Shown piece after piece: positions 59,101-64,000 of a stretch of DNA of 64,000 nt. Positions within the stretch are counted from its first letter, which is position 1, and every line of letters begins with the position of its first letter. Made by a program: the position numbers and the translations under genes. This stretch comes from Eledone cirrhosa. Its lineage: Eukaryota. The stretch is taken from assembly GCA_964016885.1 (NCBI GenBank), contig OZ024743.1, positions 132,928,001 to 132,992,000 on the forward strand. Reading direction: 5' to 3'. A model generated the notes under the pieces. It saw nothing but the letters and a program-made list of their open reading frames with translations. It was not told where the DNA came from and did not search any database.

Positions 59101-62100
59101 GGTGCTTGGTGTTTGGTGCTTGGTGTTTGGTCTTTGGTGCTTGGAGTTTGGTGTTTGGTGCTTGGTGCTTGGTGCTTGGTGCTTAGTGTTTGGTGCTTGG
59201 TGCTTAGTGTTTGGTGTTTGGTGCTTGGTGCTTGGTGTTTGGTGCTTACTGTTTGGTGCTTGGTGCTTGGTGTTTGGTGTTTGCTGTTTGCTGTTTGGTG
59301 TTTGTTGTTTGGTGTTTGTTGTTTGGTGTTTGCTGTTTGGTGTTTGGTGTTTGCTTTTTGGTGTTTGGTGTTTGCTGTATGTTGTTTGCTGTTTGGTGTT
59401 TGGTGTTTGGTGTTTGGTGTTTGGTGCTTGTTGCTTGGTGCTTGGTGCTTGGTGCTTGGTGTTTGGTGTTTGGTGCTTGGTGCTTGGAGTTTGGTGTTTG
59501 ATGCTTGGTGTTTCGTGTTTCGTGTTTGGTTTTTGGTGCTTGGTGCTTGGTGCTTGGTCCTTGGTGTTTGGTGTTGGGTGCATTGTGTTTGGTGCTTGGT
59601 GCTTGGTGTTTGGTGTTTGCTGCTTGGTGTTTGATGCTTGGTGCTTGGTGCTTGGTGTTTTGTGTTTGGTGCTTGGTGCTTGGTGTTTGGTGCTTGGTGC
59701 TTGGTGCTTGGTGTTTGTACTTGGTGCTTGGTGATTGGTGTTTGGTTCTTGGTTCTTGGTGTTTGGTGTTTGGCGTTTGGTGTTTGGTGCTTGGTGCTTG
59801 GTGTTTGGTGCTTGGTGCTTGGTGTTTGGTACCTGGTGCTTGGTGCTTGGTGCTTGGTGTTTGGTGTTTGGTGCTTGGTGCTTGGTGCTTGGAGTTTGGT
59901 GTTTGGTGCTTGGTGCTTTGTGTTTTGTGTTTGGTGTTTGGTTTTTGGTGCTTGGTGCTTGGTCCTTGGTGTTTGGTGCTGGGTGCTTTGTGTTTGGTGC
60001 TTGGTGCTTGGTGTTTGGTGTTTGCTGCTTGGTGTTTGATGCTTGGTGCTTGGTGCTTGGTGTTTTGTGTTTGGTGCTTGGTTCTTGGTGTTTGGTGCTT
60101 GGTGCTTGGTACTTGGTGTTTGTACTTGGTGCTTGGTGCTTGGTGTTTGGTTCTTGGTGTTTGGTACTTGGTGCTTGGTGCTTCATGTTTGGTGTTTGGT
60201 GCTTGGTGTCTGGTGCTTGGTGTTTGGTTTTTGGTGCTTGGTGTTTGGTGTTTGGTGCTTGGTGTTTGGTGTTTGGTGTTTGGTTCTTGGTGCTTGGTGT
60301 TTGGTGTTTGGTGTTTGGTGCTTGGTGTCTGGTGCTTGGTGTTTGGTGTTTGGTGCTTGGTGTTTGGTGTTTGGTGTTTGGTGCTTGGTGCTTGGTGCTT
60401 GCTGTTTGGTGTTTGGTGCTTGGTGCTTGGTGTTTGGTGCTTGGTGGTGGGTGCTTGGTGTTTGGTGCTGGGTGCTTGGTGTTTGGTGCTTGGTGCTTGG
60501 TCTTTGGTGCTTGGTGTTTGGTGCTTGGTGCTTGGTGCTTGGTGTTTGGTGCTTGGTGCTTGGTGTTTGGTGCTTGGTGCTTGGTGTTTGGTTTTTGGTG
60601 CTTGGTGCTTGGTGTTTGGTGTTTGGTGCTTGCTGCTGGCTGCTTGGTGTTTGATGCATGGTGATTGGTGCTTGGTGTTTGGTGCTTGGTGTTTGGTGTT
60701 TGATGCTTGGTGCTTGGTGCTTGGTGTTTGGTGCTTCGTGCTTGGTGTTTGGTGCTTGGTGTTTGGTGCTTGGTGTTTGGTGCTTGGTGTTTGGTGCTTG
60801 GTGCTTGGTGCTTGGTGCTTGCTGTTTGGTGGTTGGTGCTTGGTGCTTGGTGTTAGGTGTTTGGTGCTTGGTGCTTGGTGTTTGGTGTTTGGTGCTTGGT
60901 GTTTGGTGTTTGGTGCTTGGTGTTTGGTGCTTGGTACTTGGTGCTTGGTACTTGGTGTTAGGTGTTTGGTGCTTGGTGCTTGGTGTCTGGTTTTTGGTGC
61001 TTGGTGCTTGGTGTTTGGTGTTTGGTGCTTGCTGCTGGCTGCTTGGTGTTTGGTGCTTGGTGATTGGTGCTTGGTGTTTGGTGCTTGGTGTTTGGTGTTT
61101 GGTGCTTGGTGATTGGTGTTTGTACTTGGTGCTTGGTGCTTGGTTCTTGGTGTTTGGTGCTTGGTGCTTGGTGTTTGGTGTTATATGCTTGGTGTTTGAT
61201 GCTTGGTGCTTGGTGCTTGGTGTTTGGTGTTTGGTGTTTGATGCTTGGTGCTTGGTGTTTGGTGCTTGGTGCTTGGTGTTTGTACTTGGTGCTTGGTGCT
61301 TGGTGCTTGGTGTTTGGTGCTTGGTGTTTGGTGCTTGGTGCTTGGTGATTGGTCCTTGGTGCTTGGTGTTTGGTGGTTGGTGTTTGGTGGTTGGTGTTTG
61401 GTGCTTGGTGTTAGGTGTTTGGTGCTTGGTGTTTGGTGTTTGGTGCTTGGTGTTTGGTGTTTGGTGCTTGGTGTTTGGTGCTTGGTGTTTGGTGCTTGGT
61501 GCTTGGTGCTTGGTGCTTTGTGTTTGGTGGTTGGTGTTTGGTGCTAGGTGTTTGGTGCTTGGTGTTATGTGTTTGGTGCTTGGTGCTTGGTGTTTGGTGT
61601 TTGGTGCTTGGTGTTTGGTGTTTGGTGCTTTTTGCTTGGTGCTTGGTGCTTGGTGTTTGGTGCTGGGTGCTTGGTGCTTGGTGTTTGGTGTTATATGCTT
61701 GGTGTTTGATGCTTGGTGCTTGGTGCTTGGTGTTTGGTGTTTGGTGCTTGGTGTTTCATGCTTGGTGCTTGGTGCTTGGTGTTTGGTGCTTGGTGCTTCG
61801 TGTTTGGTGCTTGGTGCTTGGTGTTTGGTGCTTGGTGTTTGGTGCTTGGTGTTTGGTGCTTGGTGCTTGGTGCTTGGTGCTTGGTGTTTGGTGGTTGGTG
61901 CTTGGTGTTTGGTGTTTGGTGCTTGGTGTTTGGTGCTTGGTACTTGGTGCTTGGTGCTTGGTGTTAGGTGTTTGGTGCTTGGTGCTTGGTGTCTGGTTTT
62001 TGGTGCTTGGTGCTTGGTGTTTGGTGCTTGCTGCTGGCTGCTTGGTGTTTGGTGCTTGGTGATTGGTGCTTGGTGTTTGGTGCTTGGTGTTTGGTGTTTG

Positions 62101-62879
62101 GTGCTAGGTGCTTGGTGTTTGGTGCTTGGTGCTTGGTGTTTGTACTTGGTGCTTGGTGCTTGGTTCTTGGTGTTTGGTGCTTGGTGCTTGGTGTTTGGTG
62201 CTTGGTGCTTGGTGTTTGGTGCTTGGTGTTTGGTGCTTGGTGTTTAGTGCTTGGTGCTTGGTGCTTGGTGTTTGGTGCTTGGTGTTTGGTGCTTGGTGTT
62301 AGGTGTTTGGTGCTTGGTGCTTGGTGTTTGGTGTTTGGTGCTTGGTGTTTGGTGTTTGGTGTTATATGCTTGGTGTTTGATGCTTGGTGCTTGGTGCTTG
62401 GTGTTTGGTGCTTCGTGTTTGATGCTTGGTGCTTGGTGCTTGGTGTTTGGTGCTTGGTGCTTGGTGTTTGTACTTGGTGCTTGGTGCTTGGTTCTTGGTG
62501 TTTGGTGCTTGGTGCTTGGTGTTTGGTGCTTGGTGTTTGGTGCTTGGTGCTTGGTGCTTGGTGCTTGGTGCTTGGTGCTTGGTGTTTGGTGCTTGGTGTT
62601 AGGTGTTTGGTGCTTGGTGCTTGGTGTTTGGTGTTTGGTGCTTGGTGTTTGATGCTTGGTGTTTGGTGTTAGGTGTTTGGTGCTTGGTGTTTGGTGTTTG
62701 GTGCTTGGTGTTTGGTGCTTGGTGTTTGGTGCTTGGTGTTTGGTGCTTGGTACTTGGTGCTTGGTGCTTGTTGTTAGGTGTTTGGTGCTTGGTGCTTGGT
62801 GTTTGGTGTTTGGTGCTTTGTGCTGGGTGGTTGGTGTTTAGTGCTTGGTGTTTGGTGCTGGGTGCTTGGTGTTTGGTGC

Positions 62880-64000
62880 TTGGTGCTTGGTCTTTGGTGC
62901 TTGGTGTTTGGTGTTTGGTGCTTGGTGCTTGGTGCTTGGTGTTTGGTGCTTGGTGCTTGGTGTTTGGTGCTTGGTGCTTAGTGTTTGGTGCTTGGTGCTT
63001 AGTGTTTGGTGCTAGGTGCTTGGTGTTTGGTGCTTGGTGCTTGGCGTTTGGTGCCTGGTGCTTAGTGTTTGGTGTTTGGTGTTTGGTGCTTGGTGCTTGG
63101 TGTTTGGTGTTTGCTGTTTGCTGTTTGGTGTTTGTTGTTTGGTGTTTGTTGTTTGGTGTTTGCTGTTTGGTGTTTGGTGTTTGCTTTTTGGTGTTTGGTG
63201 TTTGGTGCTTGGTGTTTGGTGCTTGGTGTTTGGTGCTTGGTGCTTGGTGTTTGGTGCTTGGTGTTTGGTGTTAGGTGTCTGGTGCTTGGTGTTTGATGTT
63301 TGGTGCTTGGTGTTTGGTGCTTGGTGTTTGGTGCTTGGTGTTTGGTGCTTGGTACTTGGTGCTTGGTGCTTCGTGTTAGGTGTTTGGTGCTTGGTGCTTG
63401 GTGTTTGGTTTTTGGTGCTTGGTGCTTGGTGTTTGGTGTTTGGTGCTTGCTGCTGGCTGCTTGGTCTTTGATGCTTGGTGATTGGTGCTTGGTGTTTTGT
63501 GCTTGGTGTTTGGTGTTTGGTGCTAGGTGCTTGGTGTTTGGTGCTTGGTGCTTGGTGCTTGATGTTTGGTGTTTGGTGTTAGGTGCTTGGTGCTTGGTGT
63601 TTGCTGCTTGGTGCTGGGTGGTTGGTGTTAAGTGCTTGGTGTTTGGTGCTGGGTGCTTGGTCTTTGGTGCTTGGTGTTTGGTGTTTGGTGCTTGGTGCTT
63701 GGTGCTTGGTGTTTGGTGCTTGGTGCTTGGTGTTTGGTGCTTGGTGCTTAGTGTTTGGTGCTTGGTGCTTAGTGTTTGGTGCTAGGTGCTTGGTGTTTGG
63801 TGCTTGGTGCTTGGCGTTTGGTGCCTGGTGCTTGGTGTTTGGTGTTTGGTGTTTGGTGCTTGGTGCTTGGTGTTTGGTGTTTGCTGTTTGCTGTTTGGTG
63901 TTTGTTGTTTGGTGTTTGTTGTTTGGTGTTTGCTGTTTGGTGTTTGGTGTTTGCTTTTTGGTGTTTGGTGTTTGGTGCTTGGTGTTTGGTGCTTGGTGTT
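62880..64000 (+). repeat. Short local duplication, offset 770 bp (110 monomers)
   Basis: The string gctaggtgcttggtgtttggtgcttggtgcttggcgtttggtgcctggtg occurs at 63011 and 63781, each followed by the same TTGCTGT-rich tract. Confidence 0.8.

Larger units (their letters stand above)
1..64000 (+). repeat. Heptamer satellite array (TTGGTGC/TTGGTGT)n, about 9,100 monomers, single orientation, open at both window ends
   Basis: Every line parses into 7-mers TTGGTGY with scattered substitution variants (TAGGTGT, TTAGTGT, TTGATGC, TTGGAGT, TTGGTAC, TTGGTGA, TTGCTGT, TTGGTTT, TGGGTGC). No reverse-complement (CACCAA) tract and no non-repeat insert seen. Confidence 0.99.
36700..64000 (+). repeat. Right-hand zone with looser higher-order periodicity of about 5.5-5.9 kb (last unit about 4.2-4.6 kb)
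   Basis: Marker TACGTGT or derivatives at 37259, 43040, 51662, 57415, 61566; similar ORF pairs 37710/43560 (offset 5850), 52832/58654 (5822), 57950/62108 (4158), 58749/63300 (4551). Confidence 0.7.

Noticed and set aside
4-63785. Hundreds of + strand ORFs encoding hydrophobic WCLVLGA repeats (membrane-protein-like)
   Set aside because: Same peptide in all three overlapping frames, no unique domain, no A in the consensus so stops are rare; starts are mostly TTG/GTG within the repeat; hexamers shift frame freely.
1-64000. CRISPR-like or other repeat-spacer array (constant cassettes separated by variable C/T strings)
   Set aside because: Intervening sequence is the same heptamer, not unique spacers; spacing is irregular; no leader or cas genes.
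1-64000. Active telomerase-synthesised telomere tract (G/T-rich strand; TTAGG at TTGGTGT-TAGGTGT junctions)
   Set aside because: Does not match a canonical telomere motif I know; TTAGG occurs only as isolated single-substitution products; kilobase duplications of point variants indicate recombination or replication amplification. A distant telomeric origin is not excluded.
1-64000. Pure sequencing artefact or synthetic data-storage DNA
   Set aside because: Nested duplications with shared and private point mutations, exact register arithmetic and regional allele zones fit natural satellite evolution; individual duplications still need read validation.
1-64000. Hidden inversion, transposon or unique insert
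   Set aside because: No CACCAA-oriented tract or non-heptamer stretch longer than a monomer or two was seen on reading through the window.

Overview
The whole 64 kb window is one uninterrupted, single-orientation heptamer satellite array. The consensus is TTGGTGY (TTGGTGC and TTGGTGT interspersed; minus strand RCACCAA), about 9,100 monomers by length/7. I found no unique sequence, credible gene, RNA gene, transposon or CRISPR array. All ORFs in the track are translation artefacts: the + strand consensus has no A and the - strand consensus has no T, so neither can form stop codons, and three 7-mers (21 nt) give the same heptapeptide in all three frames. The structure of interest is inside the array. 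(1) Recurrent variant-monomer cassettes act as landmarks. (2) There is a mosaic of recent 2.4-3.8 kb near-identical duplications, a 16.7 kb-spaced copy and a looser 5.5-5.9 kb period in the right half. (3) The 7-bp register is strictly kept, broken almost only by one 6-mer (TTGTAC/TTCTAC). (4) A divergent island at about 33-35 kb lies between two zones with different marker alleles. (5) One duplication junction looks like repeated template switching. It is most likely eukaryotic centromeric, pericentromeric or subtelomeric heterochromatin, but the organism and function cannot be determined from this sequence. Duplication offsets come from identical ORF pairs and marker positions. Block boundaries are approximate (about +/-50 bp).
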